Shown one piece after another: positions 36,649 to 48,562 of a stretch of DNA of 64,000 nucleotides (position 1 is its first letter; every line of letters begins with the position of its first letter). The notes under the pieces are model-generated. The model was not told the origin of the DNA and ran no database searches. It was given only the letters and a program-made list of their open reading frames with translations. Made by a program: the position numbers and the translations under genes. The DNA comes from an uncultured Pelagibacteraceae bacterium (GTDB taxonomy: Bacteria > Pseudomonadota > Alphaproteobacteria > Pelagibacterales > Pelagibacteraceae), in the NCBI GenBank assembly GCA_902558835.1, contig CACEFK010000004.1, forward strand, positions 13,041 through 77,040. The letters run 5' to 3'.

Positions 36649-38423
36649 TAATATACTCGCTCTTGTGGTGGAAAATATTGAACTTCATTTGTTAAAGTTG
36701 ATTTGTGTACTGCTCTGTAACTAATCTTTGTATTTTTTCCATCACACCAGGCAAGAGTGTGTTGCATAAATTTTTCGTCATCTCTTTTTGGATAGTCGTC
36801 TCTCGCGTGAGCACCTCTGCTCTCTTTTCTATGATATGCAGATTCTACAGTAGTTACTGCTTGTCTTATTAAATTATCAAATTCTAATGTTTCAACTAAA
36901 TCAGTATTAAATACTAAAGACCTATCTTTAACTGAAATTGAGTCCATACCATCATAGGTTTTTTTAATCTCATCAACACCTTCTTTAAGATTTTTTTCAG
37001 TTCTAAAAACTGCACATTTCGACTGCATGGTTTTTTGCATTGAAAGTCTAAGTTCTGCAGTACTATTATTTCCTTGTGCATTTCTAAGTTTATCAAATCT
37101 ATCTAAACATTTTTGTGTTTCTGACTCTGAAATTTCTTCATGAGGTGTTCCTGGCTTAACTAATTCAGCTGCTCTTTTTGCTGCTGCTCTTCCAAATACT
37201 ACTAGATCAATTAAAGAATTAGAACCAAGTCTATTTGCTCCATGAACCGAGACACATGCCGCTTCTCCTATAGCCATTAAACCTGGAACAGTTTTTTCTG
37301 AGCCATTTACAGTTAATACTTCTGCTTTATAGTTTGTTGGAATACCACCCATGTTATAATGAACTGTTGGCACAACAGGAATTGGTTCTTTAGTTACATC
37401 TACATTTGCAAATAATCTCGCTGCATCAGTAATTCCAGGAAGCCTGCTTTCAATAATATCTTTATCTAAGTGACTTAGGTTCAAATGAACATGATCTTGA
37501 TCTTTTCCAACACCTCTTCCCTCATTAATCTCAATAGACATAGATCTGCTAACAACATCTCTTGATGCTAAATCTTTTGCATTTGGAGCATATCTTTCCA
37601 TAAATCTTTCACCTTTAGAATTTGTAAGATAACCCCCTTCTCCTCGCGCACCTTCTGTTATTAATGTGCCGTGGCCATAAATTCCTGTTGGGTGAAATTG
37701 AACAAACTCCATATCCTGAAGCGGCAGTCCAGCTCTTAAAACCATTGCATTACCATCACCAGTGCAAGTATGTGCTGATGTTGCTGAATAATAAACTTTT
37801 CCATAACCACCTGTAGCAATAATTACTGTGTGCGCTCTAAATCTATGAATTGTGCCATCATTCAAATTCCAAGCAATTAGACCTTTGCATTCTCCATTCT
37901 TCATCAACAAATCTAATGCAAAATATTCTATAAAAAATTCTGTATTATGCTTTAACGCTTGTCCATATAATGTGTGTAAAATAGCATGTCCTGTTCTATC
38001 AGCTGCTGCACAAGTTCTTTGAACAATTCCATTTCCATAATTTTTTGTCATTCCACCAAATGGTCTTTGATAAATTTTTCCTTCTTCAGTTCTGCTAAAT
38101 GGAACTCCATATTTCTCTAACTCTAAAACTGCTTTAGGTGCTTCTTTACAAAGATATTCAATACTATCTTGATCACCTAACCAATCTGCACCTTTGACAG
38201 TGTCATACATGTGCCATCTCCAATCATCTTCTCCCATATTTCCTAGTGCCGCTGATATTCCACCTTGTGCAGCTGATGTATGACTTCTGGTAGGAAATAC
38301 TTTTGAGATACAAGCTGTTTTTAAGCCAGCTTCGCTGAGCCCTACTGCCGCTCTTAAACCTGATCCACCCGCACCAAGTACAACAACATCGTACTCATGG
38401 TCTATAATGTTATATGCTTTCAT
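36648..38423 (-). CDS. sdhA: Succinate dehydrogenase flavoprotein
   Basis: [33 protein letters not shown] and ESRGAHAR. Confidence 0.98.
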   Translation of the reverse strand: MKAYNIIDHEYDVVVLGAGGSGLRAAVGLSEAGLKTACISKVFPTRSHTSAAQGGISAALGNMGEDDWRWHMYDTVKGADWLGDQDSIEYLCKEAPKAVLELEKYGVPFSRTEEGKIYQRPFGGMTKNYGNGIVQRTCAAADRTGHAILHTLYGQALKHNTEFFIEYFALDLLMKNGECKGLIAWNLNDGTIHRFRAHTVIIATGGYGKVYYSATSAHTCTGDGNAMVLRAGLPLQDMEFVQFHPTGIYGHGTLITEGARGEGGYLTNSKGERFMERYAPNAKDLASRDVVSRSMSIEINEGRGVGKDQDHVHLNLSHLDKDIIESRLPGITDAARLFANVDVTKEPIPVVPTVHYNMGGIPTNYKAEVLTVNGSEKTVPGLMAIGEAACVSVHGANRLGSNSLIDLVVFGRAAAKRAAELVKPGTPHEEISESETQKCLDRFDKLRNAQGNNSTAELRLSMQKTMQSKCAVFRTEKNLKEGVDEIKKTYDGMDSISVKDRSLVFNTDLVETLEFDNLIRQAVTTVESAYHRKESRGAHARDDYPKRDDEKFMQHTLAWCDGKNTKISYRAVHKSTLTNEVQYFPPQERVY

Positions 38424-38749
38424 GTATTTAAGTTAAAAATTACAATTATTGTAATTACTGGTATCGTTATAGCAAAAAAATTTAGGACTTTGTTTGCGGC
38501 ATTTTTGGTTTTTTTATCGTTAATATAGTCTTCAAAAACCTCACTTATAGTCAAAGCTGAAAAAAAATAAGCAATAACTAAAAATAATCCAATTAGGGAT
38601 TTAGATGGTTGTGTTGTTAAAAAATTCACTATTTCAAAATAACTTTTATCATAGATATTCACTAAATTTATAATAAACCAAAGCATTAAAGGTAATAAGA
38701 TTGCAGAACTAATTTTTAAGAATAACCATTTTTTTGTTACTGGAAGCAT
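38420..38749 (-). CDS. sdhD: Succinate dehydrogenase small membrane anchor (divergent, contains no His)
   Basis: Three hydrophobic segments, conserved EDY, located between sdhC and sdhA. Confidence 0.88.
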   Translation of the reverse strand: MLPVTKKWLFLKISSAILLPLMLWFIINLVNIYDKSYFEIVNFLTTQPSKSLIGLFLVIAYFFSALTISEVFEDYINDKKTKNAANKVLNFFAITIPVITIIVIFNLNT

Positions 38750-39129
38750 TATATTAATCCTCTGCCAATTAAATAAATTAAGATAGTTAAAACAATCGAA
38801 CCAAAAATAACTAATAAACCTGTAATTTTTGTTGTTTGTAATTCAAATCCATAACCTAAATCCATAATCAAGTGTCTTACTTCACTTAACATTTGAAAAC
38901 TAAATGACCAGGTTATTCCGATTAAAATAAACTTACCTAAAAAAGTTTCTAAAAAAATTTTAATAATTTGATAATCACTTTCTCCTAAAAGCATTAGTGC
39001 GAACCAAATACAGATTAATGTGATTGCAAAAAAATTAATTATTCCTGTAATTCTATGTGAAATAGATACTAATGAAGAAATATGCCATTTATAAATCTGT
39101 ATGTGTGGTGATAAAGGTCTGTCTTCCAT
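38749..39129 (-). CDS. sdhC: Succinate dehydrogenase large membrane anchor
   Basis: RPLSPH, SISHRITG and RHLIMDLG. Confidence 0.95.
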   Translation of the reverse strand: MEDRPLSPHIQIYKWHISSLVSISHRITGIINFFAITLICIWFALMLLGESDYQIIKIFLETFLGKFILIGITWSFSFQMLSEVRHLIMDLGYGFELQTTKITGLLVIFGSIVLTILIYLIGRGLI

Positions 39130-39132
39130 ATT

Positions 39133-40128
39133 TTATTTTGAGTTAATAATTGTTTCAGCAATTTCAACAGAATTAAGTGCTGCACCTCTAAGTAGGTTAT
39201 CTGATACAATCCACAAATTTAATGAATTTTTTTTAGTTTTGTCTTCTCTAATTCTAGATATATATGTCTCATCACTCCCAGCTGCTTCAAATGGTGTGCT
39301 ATAACCCCCATTTTCTCTTTTATCAATAACCTCACAACCATCTGCTTTACTTAAAACATCTCTCACTTTTTCTAAAGTATATGGTTTTTCAAATTCTATA
39401 TTAACAGACTCTGAATGAGAAACTAAAACAGGAATTCTTACACATGTAGCTGTAAGTTCTATTGAATCATCTAATATTTTTTTTGTTTCATTTGTCATTT
39501 TTAATTCTTCTTTTGTATATCCATCATCAGCAAAAACATCGATATGTGGAATAACATTAAAAGCGATTTGTTTAGTAAAATTTTTTGATTCTATTTTTTT
39601 TCCATCTAAATATTGTTTAGTTTGATCTATTAATTCGTCCATTGGACTTTTACCACCACCCGAAACAGATTGGTAAGTTGAAACTACAACTCTTTTTATT
39701 TTGAATAAATTATGTAGTGGTTTAAGCGCTATAACAAGTTGTGCTGTAGAACAATTTGGATTTGCAATAATATTTTTTTTCATATTTTTAATTTCAGCTG
39801 CATTCACTTGTGGGACGATCAATGGGACATCTGGATCCATTCTAAAAAAACTCGAATTATCAATTACAATTGTGTGCTTGGCAGCTTTTTCTGCGTATTT
39901 TTCAGCAATTTTTCCTCCAGCTGCAAAAAAAGTTATATCTGCTTTTGAAAAATCATATGTCTCTAAATTTTCAATAACATGCTCTTTATTTCTAAAAGAG
40001 ATTTTTTTTCCTGCACTTTTTTCTGAGGCAACTAAATACAGATCATCAAACTTGAAGTTTTTTTTATCAAATACTTCAAGAGTTTTTCTACCAACATTTC
40101 CTGTTGCACCTACTATAGCTATGTTCAT
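39133..40128 (-). CDS. asd: Aspartate-semialdehyde dehydrogenase
   Basis: VGATGNVG, IANPNCST, STYQSVSG and DNLLRGAALN. Confidence 0.97.
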   Translation of the reverse strand: MNIAIVGATGNVGRKTLEVFDKKNFKFDDLYLVASEKSAGKKISFRNKEHVIENLETYDFSKADITFFAAGGKIAEKYAEKAAKHTIVIDNSSFFRMDPDVPLIVPQVNAAEIKNMKKNIIANPNCSTAQLVIALKPLHNLFKIKRVVVSTYQSVSGGGKSPMDELIDQTKQYLDGKKIESKNFTKQIAFNVIPHIDVFADDGYTKEELKMTNETKKILDDSIELTATCVRIPVLVSHSESVNIEFEKPYTLEKVRDVLSKADGCEVIDKRENGGYSTPFEAAGSDETYISRIREDKTKKNSLNLWIVSDNLLRGAALNSVEIAETIINSK

Positions 40129-40143
40129 TTTAAAGCTGTTATA

Positions 40144-41253
40144 CTAAATAAAAGGTAAATCGCAAACTTTACCACTGCAAATATCACTATTTATGCTTGC
40201 TTTTACCTTTTGGTCTACATTCCAATGTGATTTTTTCATCATGGCAATACCAATCACTTTTTTAAAATGTGGTGAATAGCATGCTGACCGTAATTCTCCA
40301 ACGATGTTGTTCTGATCATCTGTAAGATCTAAAGATCCTGTTAAGCTTATTTTCTCTATATCAAATTTAACTCCCATTAATTTTTTATTTATTCCTTCAG
40401 ATTTAATTGTCTTCAATTTTTCTTTTCCTAAAAAGATAACATCACTATCTATGTTTATATATTTATCGAAACCACATTCATAAGGATTATCTCCATTATC
40501 CATATCATTACCATGAGATAACAGTCCACTTTCTATTCGTTCAATCAAATTAGGACATCCTGGTTTAACATTAAATTCTTTTCCAATTTCAAATAAATGA
40601 TCATACAGTTTTAAGCCTGCTTCTGTATTTTGAACATATACTTCATAGCCTCCTTGTTTAGACCATCCAGACTGTGCGATAAGGTGTTTTGCACCTCCAA
40701 ATTCAAAATAATCAAAACCAAAAAATTTTAATTTTGTGATCTGTTCTCCAAATATTTTTTCCATCAATTTAAATGATTTTGGACCTTGTACAGCCATGAT
40801 ATCAACTTTTGGCTCTGTGATTTCAACATCAAATTTATTTCCAATTGCTAATCCTTTTGCAAATAATATTACGTCCGTATCTGCAATAGAAATCCACCAT
40901 TTATTTTCGTTAATTCTTAAAACAACTGGATCATTAATTAAACCAGCATTATCATCTATAATCGGACAATAATAACATCTTCCATCTTTAGATTTTGATA
41001 AATCTCTACAAGTCATCAACTGAACTAGTTTTGCAGAATCTTTTCCTGAAATTTCTACCTGTCTTTCAGCTGCTACATCCCAGATCTGAACATGCTCTTT
41101 TAAATGATGATAAGAATCTTCAATTGAACCAAAGGCAGCTGGAAGCAACATATGGTTATAAATTGTATAAGCTGTAACACCCTGTTTCTCAATTCGAGAA
41201 GTATATGGTGTACCTCTAAGTCTTCTTGATTTTGCGATTAAAAAGTTTTTCAT
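40144..41253 (-). CDS. dmdA: Dimethylsulfoniopropionate (DMSP) demethylase, GcvT family
   Basis: [40 protein letters not shown] and [13 protein letters not shown]; neighbours dmdB and dmdC. Confidence 0.92.
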   Translation of the reverse strand: MKNFLIAKSRRLRGTPYTSRIEKQGVTAYTIYNHMLLPAAFGSIEDSYHHLKEHVQIWDVAAERQVEISGKDSAKLVQLMTCRDLSKSKDGRCYYCPIIDDNAGLINDPVVLRINENKWWISIADTDVILFAKGLAIGNKFDVEITEPKVDIMAVQGPKSFKLMEKIFGEQITKLKFFGFDYFEFGGAKHLIAQSGWSKQGGYEVYVQNTEAGLKLYDHLFEIGKEFNVKPGCPNLIERIESGLLSHGNDMDNGDNPYECGFDKYINIDSDVIFLGKEKLKTIKSEGINKKLMGVKFDIEKISLTGSLDLTDDQNNIVGELRSACYSPHFKKVIGIAMMKKSHWNVDQKVKASINSDICSGKVCDLPFI

Positions 41254-42026
41254 TTTTTCAAAAATTCTAAAACTTTGTCTCTCATTTCAAATGCTTTTTC
41301 AATCATAATCATATGGCCGCAACCCTCGATTATGTGTGTAGATGAGTTGTTAATTAGACTAGAAAATTTTTTTCCAGCTTCTAGATTTACCATCTTATCT
41401 AGAGAACCAAAAATAAACATTGATGGAAATTCTATTAATTTAGCAGCATCAGAACCATTTTTGTAATTGTTACATGCAACAAGGTCTACCGCCAGTATGT
41501 CTCTTATGTCTCGAGGTGATTGTATTATTTTTTCTACTGGGTTGCCTCCAATAAATCTTTTTGAACCTTCATAACCCCACTTCATCATTAATTTAACTGC
41601 ATCGGAGTCCCCATTTTTTGCTAGATCAATTAAATCTGGATGTACTGGCATTTTATTTGAGCCTCCAATAAAGACTAACTTTTTTAATCTATCTTTATAT
41701 TTATGAGCATATTCAAGTATCTCCAAGCAACCTTGGGAATGACCAATTATAATTAAATTATTTAGATTTAGTTCGTTAAAAACCTGTTCTAACCAATCAG
41801 CTATTTTTTCAATACTATCTAAGCAAGGACCATCTGAATTCCCATGCCCAGGCAAATCAATAGATAAAACATTGAAATTATTATTTGAAAAAAATTGTTC
41901 TGTTAGAGACCAAACAATATGAGAAAGACCGCTCCCATGAAGAAATACTATTGTATCTTTATTTTGATCAATACCCTGTCCTGCATCAGAAGCATAAACA
42001 TTTTTATTTTCTAATTGAAAATTCAA
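41250..42026 (-). CDS. Alpha/beta hydrolase of unknown substrate in the dmd cluster
   Basis: HGSG, DLPGHG, GHSQG nucleophile elbow, GSLDKM and GHMIM. TTG start. Confidence 0.85.
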   Translation of the reverse strand: MNFQLENKNVYASDAGQGIDQNKDTIVFLHGSGLSHIVWSLTEQFFSNNNFNVLSIDLPGHGNSDGPCLDSIEKIADWLEQVFNELNLNNLIIIGHSQGCLEILEYAHKYKDRLKKLVFIGGSNKMPVHPDLIDLAKNGDSDAVKLMMKWGYEGSKRFIGGNPVEKIIQSPRDIRDILAVDLVACNNYKNGSDAAKLIEFPSMFIFGSLDKMVNLEAGKKFSSLINNSSTHIIEGCGHMIMIEKAFEMRDKVLEFLKK

Positions 42027-42033
42027 AAATTAC

Positions 42034-43650
42034 CTAAACTTGTTTTCTCAATTCAAATTTTTGTATTTTTCCTGTTGAAGTTTTTGGCAAATCACAGAAC
42101 ACAACCTTTTTAGGAACTTTAAATCCTGCTAAAGTCTCCTTACAAAAATCAATTAATTCTTTTTCAGATACCGGTTTATCTTTAACCATTTCAATAAATG
42201 CGCAAGGAACTTCGCCCCATTTTTCATCTGGTTTAGCAACAACTGCAGCAATAGAAACTGATGGATGTTTAGAAAGTGTATTTTCTATTTCAATTGAGGA
42301 AATATTTTCTCCTCCAGAAATAATTATATCTTTTGATCTATCTTGTATTTTTACATAACCATCAGGATGCATCACGGCTAGATCACCACTATGAAACCAC
42401 CCATCCTTCATAGCTTTATCGGTAGCATCTTTGTCTTTAAAGTAACCTTTCATTACTACATTTCCTCTAATCATAATTTCACCAATTGTTTTTCCATCTT
42501 TAGGAACTTCTTTCATAGTGTCTGGATCCAAAACAGTTACACCTTCAGTATTTGGATATCTCACACCTTGCCTAGCTTTAATTTCATTTTGTTTTTCTTC
42601 ATCAAAATTGCTCCACTCATCATTCCAAGCACACTGGGTAACATGTCCATAAGTTTCTGTTAAACCGTAAACATGCATAACTTCAAAACCTAATGCTTTC
42701 ATTTTTTTGAAAATTATACTTGGTGGAGGTGCTCCAGCCGTTAAGACATAAACTTTTTGTTTTAATTTTTTTTTGTCACTTTCTGGTGCTCCGGTAATCA
42801 TATTTAATACAATTGGTGCACCACCAAAATGGGTTACTTCATATTTATCGATTAATTCAAAAATTTTTTTTATGTCAATATTTCTTAAACAAATTGTCCT
42901 TCCATTTAACATCGGAACTGTCCATGGATAGCACCAACCATTACAATGAAACATTGGAACAACTGTTAAAAAATTTAATCTATTTGGCATATTCCAAGCT
43001 ACCGAACTTCCTGTGGACATTAAGTACGCACCTCTATGATGATAAACTACTCCTTTGGGATTTCCTGTAGTACCTGAGGTATAGCTTAATGATATTGCTT
43101 GCCATTCATCTTCTGGCATTTGCCAATCGAAATTTTCATCACCTGTATTTAAAAAACTTTCATATTCTAAATCACCAATTTTTTCTAATTTCGATGGATC
43201 GGCATTTTTATCATCTATATCAATTACTGTAATTTTCTTATTTAAAGTTTTTAATGCTTTCTTAACTTCTCCATGCAATTGTCTATCAACTACTAGCACC
43301 TTTGCATCACTGTGATCTAAAATATATGAAATTGTATTTGCATCTAGTCTTATATTAATTGTATTTAATACTGCACCTGCCATAGGTACTGAGTAATGTC
43401 CTTCGAAAATCTCAGGTGTATTGAAGGCCAAAAAAGAAACAGTATCTCCTTTTTTAATTCCAATTTTTGACAGTGCACTAGCAAATTTTACAGCTCTTTT
43501 GTAAACTTCCTCCCAAGTATATTTCCTATCTTCATAAATTATAGCTTCATAATTTGGATAAATTTCCCTTGCTCTTTTAAGAAACGTTAATGGAGTAAGT
43601 GGAACGTAGTTCGCTTTATTTTTATCTAAATTTGTCTCGTAATGATTCAT
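42034..43650 (-). CDS. dmdB: Acyl-CoA synthetase, probable MMPA-CoA ligase
   Basis: YTSGTTGNPKG, YGLTET, DRSKDIIISGGEN and TGKIQK. Specific function is inferred from context. Confidence 0.8.
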   Translation of the reverse strand: MNHYETNLDKNKANYVPLTPLTFLKRAREIYPNYEAIIYEDRKYTWEEVYKRAVKFASALSKIGIKKGDTVSFLAFNTPEIFEGHYSVPMAGAVLNTINIRLDANTISYILDHSDAKVLVVDRQLHGEVKKALKTLNKKITVIDIDDKNADPSKLEKIGDLEYESFLNTGDENFDWQMPEDEWQAISLSYTSGTTGNPKGVVYHHRGAYLMSTGSSVAWNMPNRLNFLTVVPMFHCNGWCYPWTVPMLNGRTICLRNIDIKKIFELIDKYEVTHFGGAPIVLNMITGAPESDKKKLKQKVYVLTAGAPPPSIIFKKMKALGFEVMHVYGLTETYGHVTQCAWNDEWSNFDEEKQNEIKARQGVRYPNTEGVTVLDPDTMKEVPKDGKTIGEIMIRGNVVMKGYFKDKDATDKAMKDGWFHSGDLAVMHPDGYVKIQDRSKDIIISGGENISSIEIENTLSKHPSVSIAAVVAKPDEKWGEVPCAFIEMVKDKPVSEKELIDFCKETLAGFKVPKKVVFCDLPKTSTGKIQKFELRKQV

Positions 43651-43652
43651 TA

Positions 43653-45416
43653 TTAATTAAACTTAAAATTCATTATATTAGAACTTCCAGAAATAGCGGA
43701 TTTGTAATGATACTCAGCTCTTGGCAATACCTTATCAAAATAAAATTTTGCTGTATTTATTTTATCACTATAAAATTCCTTATTTTTTTCAAAATCACTA
43801 AAACTTACATCTAAAATTTTGATCCAAGCATAAGCAATTGAAACATATCCCAGACTTCTTAAATAATCATTTGCTGCAGCACTAACATCGTCTTTTTCGA
43901 TTTTATGTTTATCCTTAATCCAGTCGGTAAACTTAGATAAAATATCTAAATAATGATTTAATTCTTTTGAAAATGTTTTTACTTTTTCATTTTTACTATC
44001 ACATTCAGATTTAATCATATCTAAAAACTTATTGATAACATCACCATTTTTATTTGATAATTTTCTAAATACTAAATCTGCTGCCTGAACAGAATTTGTT
44101 CCTTCATAGATTGGAGTAATACGATTATCTCTATATAATTGCTCTATTCCTTGGTCTTTAGTGTACCCATATCCACCATGTATTTGCATCGCGTCGTTCG
44201 TAATTTCCATAGCTAAATCTGTAAATAATGACTTAACAACTGGTGTCATCAATGAAACATAATCCAAAGCTTCTTGTTTAATCTTTTCAACAGGATGATA
44301 AAGACTCACCTCAGTTTGTTGTGATAACCAAAAACATAAAGCTCTTTCTCCCTCAATAATTGACTTCATATTAAGTAAAGATCTTCTAATATCCGCATGT
44401 TCAATAATAAAATCTGCTCCATTAGTAGATTTTGAATTATTTGTTTTTCCTTGCTTTCTCTCTTTTGCATAAGCAAGTGAGTTTTGATACGCAATTTCAG
44501 AAATTCCTAAACCTTGAATGCCTACCACTATTCTCTCAAGGTTCATCATGGTAAACATGGCACTAAGACCTTTGTCTTTGTTACCAATCATATAACCAGT
44601 TGCTTCATCAAAATTTAACACACATGTTGCTGAACCCTTTATTCCCATTTTACTCTCTATAGATCCTGTTGAAATTCCATTTCTTTGACCAACACTACCA
44701 TCTTCATTTACAATAAATTTTGGTACTAAAAATAAACTAATTCCTTTAGTGCCCGCAGGAGAGTCTGTTGATCTTGCTAAAACTAAATGAATAATGTTTT
44801 CAGTTAAGTCGTGATCGCCAGAAGTTATAAAAATCTTTTGACCACTAATTTTATAGGTGTCATCAGATTGTTTGATGGCTTTGGTTTTTAACAAACCTAA
44901 GTCTGTACCACAGACTGGTTCTGTTAAACACATAGTGCCACTCCATTTACCCTCAACAATCTTTGGTAAATATTTATCTTTTATTTCATCTGAAGCATGA
45001 TGATTAATACAATTATAGGCACCAATACTAAGTTCACTATATAATTTAAATGACAAACTAGCTGAGGAAAGCATTTCATCAAAGAATGCACTTACTGTTT
45101 TTGGCATTCCTTGGCCTCCATATTTAGGATCACAAGATAAAGATGTCCAACCATCTTCAATATATTTCTGATATGCCTCTTTGTAACCCGGTGGTGTTCT
45201 GACAACACCATTTTCTAAAATTGCTGGATTTTCATCACCTGCTTTAGCAAGAGGTAAAATTAAATTTTGATTTATTTTAGCTGCTTCTTCTAAAATATCT
45301 TTAACAAGATCTGCACTTACCTCATTATATTTTTCAAGCTCATTATAATTCTTATTATCTCTTAATTTTTCAAAGAGAAACATCATATCTTTTACTGGTG
45401 CGGTGTAACTTGGCAT
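43653..45416 (-). CDS. dmdC: Acyl-CoA dehydrogenase, probable MMPA-CoA dehydrogenase
   Basis: GTMCLTEP, KGISLFLVPK, KMGIKGSAT, QIHGGYGY and IYEGTN. Specific function is inferred from context. Confidence 0.8.
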   Translation of the reverse strand: MPSYTAPVKDMMFLFEKLRDNKNYNELEKYNEVSADLVKDILEEAAKINQNLILPLAKAGDENPAILENGVVRTPPGYKEAYQKYIEDGWTSLSCDPKYGGQGMPKTVSAFFDEMLSSASLSFKLYSELSIGAYNCINHHASDEIKDKYLPKIVEGKWSGTMCLTEPVCGTDLGLLKTKAIKQSDDTYKISGQKIFITSGDHDLTENIIHLVLARSTDSPAGTKGISLFLVPKFIVNEDGSVGQRNGISTGSIESKMGIKGSATCVLNFDEATGYMIGNKDKGLSAMFTMMNLERIVVGIQGLGISEIAYQNSLAYAKERKQGKTNNSKSTNGADFIIEHADIRRSLLNMKSIIEGERALCFWLSQQTEVSLYHPVEKIKQEALDYVSLMTPVVKSLFTDLAMEITNDAMQIHGGYGYTKDQGIEQLYRDNRITPIYEGTNSVQAADLVFRKLSNKNGDVINKFLDMIKSECDSKNEKVKTFSKELNHYLDILSKFTDWIKDKHKIEKDDVSAAANDYLRSLGYVSIAYAWIKILDVSFSDFEKNKEFYSDKINTAKFYFDKVLPRAEYHYKSAISGSSNIMNFKFN

Positions 45417-45422
45417 ATTTAA

Positions 45423-45451
45423 AGCTTAGAATAATTCTAGTTTTATTGCAA
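45423..45451 (-). promoter_or_regulatory. Putative leaderless-mRNA promoter of dmdC
   Basis: Minus strand TTGCAA-N17-TAAGCT-6 nt-ATG. The spacer contains the inverted repeat TAGAAT-N-ATTCTA. Confidence 0.55.
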
Positions 45452-46549
45452 TTTTGAAATTATCGCATCACCCATTGCTGAAGTGGAAGTTTCTTTCATA
45501 CCCTCTGACATTATATCTTTAGTTCTTAACCCATCATTTAAAACATCTTGAACTGCTTTTTCTAAAATATCTGCTTCTTTATCAAGATCTAAAGAATACC
45601 TCAGTGCCATAGCAAAGCTCAAAATAGAAGCAATTGGATTTGCTATCCCTTTACCAGCTATATCTGGAGCTGACCCGTGTATAGGCTCGTACATCGCTCT
45701 CATCTCACCATCTTTATTTTTTGCACCTAAAGATGCTGATGGTAAAAGACCTAAAGATCCCGTTAACATTGAAGCTTGGTCTGACAACATATCTCCAAAC
45801 AAATTATCTGTTACAATTACATCAAATTGTTTTGGATTTCTTAAAAGCTGCATAGCACAATTGTCTGCTAACATATGACTTAATTCTACATCTTTGTATT
45901 CTTTTTCATGAAGTTCTTGGACTTCTTCTTTCCACAATTGTCCTGCTTCCATCACATTTGATTTTTCACACGAAGTAACCTTATTTGATCTTTTTCTAGC
46001 TAAATCAAAAGCGATCCTAGCTACTCTAGTAATTTCGCTAGTCGTATAAGTGTGTGTATTAATTCCTTTTCTCTCTCCATTTTCAATTGGCTTAATTCCT
46101 CTAGGTTCACCAAAATATATACCACCCGTTAATTCTCTTACTATCATTATATCTAGTCCTGAAACTACTTCTGGCTTTAGAGTTGAAGCATCGACTAATT
46201 GTTTAAAACAAATTGCAGGCCTTAGGTTAGCAAAAAGCTTTAATTCTTTTCTAAGTTTTAATAATGCTCTTTCTGGTTTTTTGGAAAATTCTAGGTTATC
46301 CCATGTAGGACCACCAACTGCTCCAAGCATAATTACTTCACTTTCTAGTGCTTTGTAAAAAACCTCATCAGTGATTGGGGTACCGTGTTTATCATAAGAA
46401 CAACCACCAACTAGCTCCTGATCAATTTCAAAATCTAAAGATTTTTTATCATTAAACCAGTTAATAATTTTTTTTACCTCAGATATTACCTCTGGACCAA
46501 TACCATCACCAGGAAGCAAAAGTATTTTTCTTTTTTTTACTTTAATCAT
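45443..46549 (-). CDS. leuB: 3-isopropylmalate dehydrogenase
   Basis: [28 protein letters not shown] and [12 protein letters not shown]. Confidence 0.97.
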   Translation of the reverse strand: MIKVKKRKILLLPGDGIGPEVISEVKKIINWFNDKKSLDFEIDQELVGGCSYDKHGTPITDEVFYKALESEVIMLGAVGGPTWDNLEFSKKPERALLKLRKELKLFANLRPAICFKQLVDASTLKPEVVSGLDIMIVRELTGGIYFGEPRGIKPIENGERKGINTHTYTTSEITRVARIAFDLARKRSNKVTSCEKSNVMEAGQLWKEEVQELHEKEYKDVELSHMLADNCAMQLLRNPKQFDVIVTDNLFGDMLSDQASMLTGSLGLLPSASLGAKNKDGEMRAMYEPIHGSAPDIAGKGIANPIASILSFAMALRYSLDLDKEADILEKAVQDVLNDGLRTKDIMSEGMKETSTSAMGDAIISKLQ

Positions 46550-47147
46550 TGAATACCCAAGGCTTTTCGTTTTTTAAATTTGTTTCAAACTTCTCTATTT
46601 TTTCTGATTTTTTTAGTGATAAAGCGATATCATCAAGCCCTTCTAACAAACATTTTTTCTTAAATGGATCAACTTCAAATTTTAGTTTATTATTTCCATA
46701 AACTATTTTTTCCTCTTGCAAATCAATAGAAATTTCTTCTTGTCTATTTGCGTATTCAGATAGCTCTTTTATTTTTTCTTCTTCAAGGATTATTGGCAAA
46801 ATTCCATTTTTAAAACAATTACTAAAAAAAATGTCTGCATAGCTTGAACTTATTACACAAGTAATTCCAAAATCTAATAAAGCCCATGGAGCATGTTCTC
46901 TTGATGAACCACATCCAAAGTTTTTTCCAGCAATTAAAATTTTAGATTTATTAAATGGATCTTTATTTAATACAAAATCATTTATTTCTTTGCCTTGATC
47001 ATCATATCTCATTTCAAAAAATAAATTTTTCCCAAGACCGGTTCTTTTGATAGTTTTTAAAAACTGTTTTGGAATTATCATGTCTGTATCAATATTTACA
47101 ATTGGTAAATAAGCTGGGATACTTTTTAATTTATTAAATTTTTGCAT
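46542..47147 (-). CDS. leuD: 3-isopropylmalate dehydratase small subunit
   Basis: [13 protein letters not shown] and [11 protein letters not shown]. Confidence 0.97.
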   Translation of the reverse strand: MQKFNKLKSIPAYLPIVNIDTDMIIPKQFLKTIKRTGLGKNLFFEMRYDDQGKEINDFVLNKDPFNKSKILIAGKNFGCGSSREHAPWALLDFGITCVISSSYADIFFSNCFKNGILPIILEEEKIKELSEYANRQEEISIDLQEEKIVYGNNKLKFEVDPFKKKCLLEGLDDIALSLKKSEKIEKFETNLKNEKPWVFND

Positions 47148-48551
47148 TTAATTTTGATACTTTCTGACATCATCTAAATTACCTGAAATTGCAGCTGCTG
47201 CAGCCATTCCTGGACTAACTAGATGGGTTCTACCACCTCTACCTTGTCTTCCCTCAAAATTTCTATTTGATGTAGAGGCGCATCTTTCTTCTGGCTTTAA
47301 TTTATCAGCATTCATCGCTAAACACATAGAGCAACCTGGTTCTCTCCATTCAAACCCTGAGCTAACAAAAATTTTATCTAGTCCTTCTTGCTCTGCTTGT
47401 TCTTTAACTAAGCCTGACCCTGGAACTACTATAGCATTAACATGCGATGATACTTTTTTATCTTTTAGGATTTTTGCTGCTTCTCTCAAATCTTCTATTC
47501 TGCCATTAGTACAACTACCAATAAATACTTTATCTATTTTTATATCTGTGGCTGCCATGTCAGGTTTTAGACCCATATACTTTAAAGCTCTTTCAATTGA
47601 ATTTTTTTTATCTTCATCGGTCTCATTATTTGGATTTGGAACTTTTCCATCAATTGTTATTACATCTTGTGGTGACGTACCCCATGTAATCATGGGTAAA
47701 ATTTCATTTGCATTAAGGCTAATTTCTTTATCAAAACTAGCATCAGCGTCTGTTTTTAAAGTTTCCCAATAGTTCAAAGCTTTATCCCAATTTTCACCTT
47801 TTGGAGACATTGGTTTTCCTTTTAAATATTCAAAAATTTTTTCATCTGGTGCAATTAATCCTGCTCTTGCACCGCCTTCAATTGTCATATTGCAAATAGT
47901 CATTCTTTGCTCAACACTTAAAGATCTTATTAAATCTCCAGCATATTCCACAACAGATCCTGTTCCACCTGCTGTACCTATTTTTCCAATTATTTGAAGT
48001 ATTACATCTTTAGAAGTAACTCCTAAAGGAAGTTCACCATTGACATTAATTCTAAAATTTTTAGCTTTCTTCTGAACTAATGTTTGGGTTGCTAAAACAT
48101 GTTCAACTTCTGAAGTTCCTATTCCAAATGCTAAAGCACCAAATGCTCCATGCGTTGCGGTATGGCTGTCTCCACAAACAATAACTGTACCTGGTTGAGT
48201 AAAACCTTGTTCAGGTCCTATGATATGAACGATACCTTGCCTCTTATCATCCATACCAAATAACTGAACTCCGAATTCTTTACAATTTGCCTCTAAAGTA
48301 TCTACTTGAATTTTTGACTCTTCATCTGAAATACCTTTTGATCTGTCAGTAGTTGGAACATTATGATCTGCAACTGCTAAAGTTAAATTTGGATGTCTAA
48401 CTTTCCTATTAGAATTTCTTAATCCTTCAAAAGCTTGGGGGCTTGTCACCTCATGAATTAAATGTCTATCTACAAAAAGTAAAGATGTGCCATCATCTTG
48501 TTGATCAACTAGATGATCGTTCCAAATTTTATCGTATAATGTTGTAGACAT
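47148..48551 (-). CDS. leuC: 3-isopropylmalate dehydratase large subunit
   Basis: [25 protein letters not shown] and [10 protein letters not shown]. Confidence 0.98.
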   Translation of the reverse strand: MSTTLYDKIWNDHLVDQQDDGTSLLFVDRHLIHEVTSPQAFEGLRNSNRKVRHPNLTLAVADHNVPTTDRSKGISDEESKIQVDTLEANCKEFGVQLFGMDDKRQGIVHIIGPEQGFTQPGTVIVCGDSHTATHGAFGALAFGIGTSEVEHVLATQTLVQKKAKNFRINVNGELPLGVTSKDVILQIIGKIGTAGGTGSVVEYAGDLIRSLSVEQRMTICNMTIEGGARAGLIAPDEKIFEYLKGKPMSPKGENWDKALNYWETLKTDADASFDKEISLNANEILPMITWGTSPQDVITIDGKVPNPNNETDEDKKNSIERALKYMGLKPDMAATDIKIDKVFIGSCTNGRIEDLREAAKILKDKKVSSHVNAIVVPGSGLVKEQAEQEGLDKIFVSSGFEWREPGCSMCLAMNADKLKPEERCASTSNRNFEGRQGRGGRTHLVSPGMAAAAAISGNLDDVRKYQN

Positions 48552-48562
48552 TGAAAAAAAAA

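Noticed and set aside
40144-41253. Glycine cleavage T protein
   Set aside because: The motifs and the dmdB/dmdC neighbours fit DmdA, and no gcvH or gcvP is adjacent.
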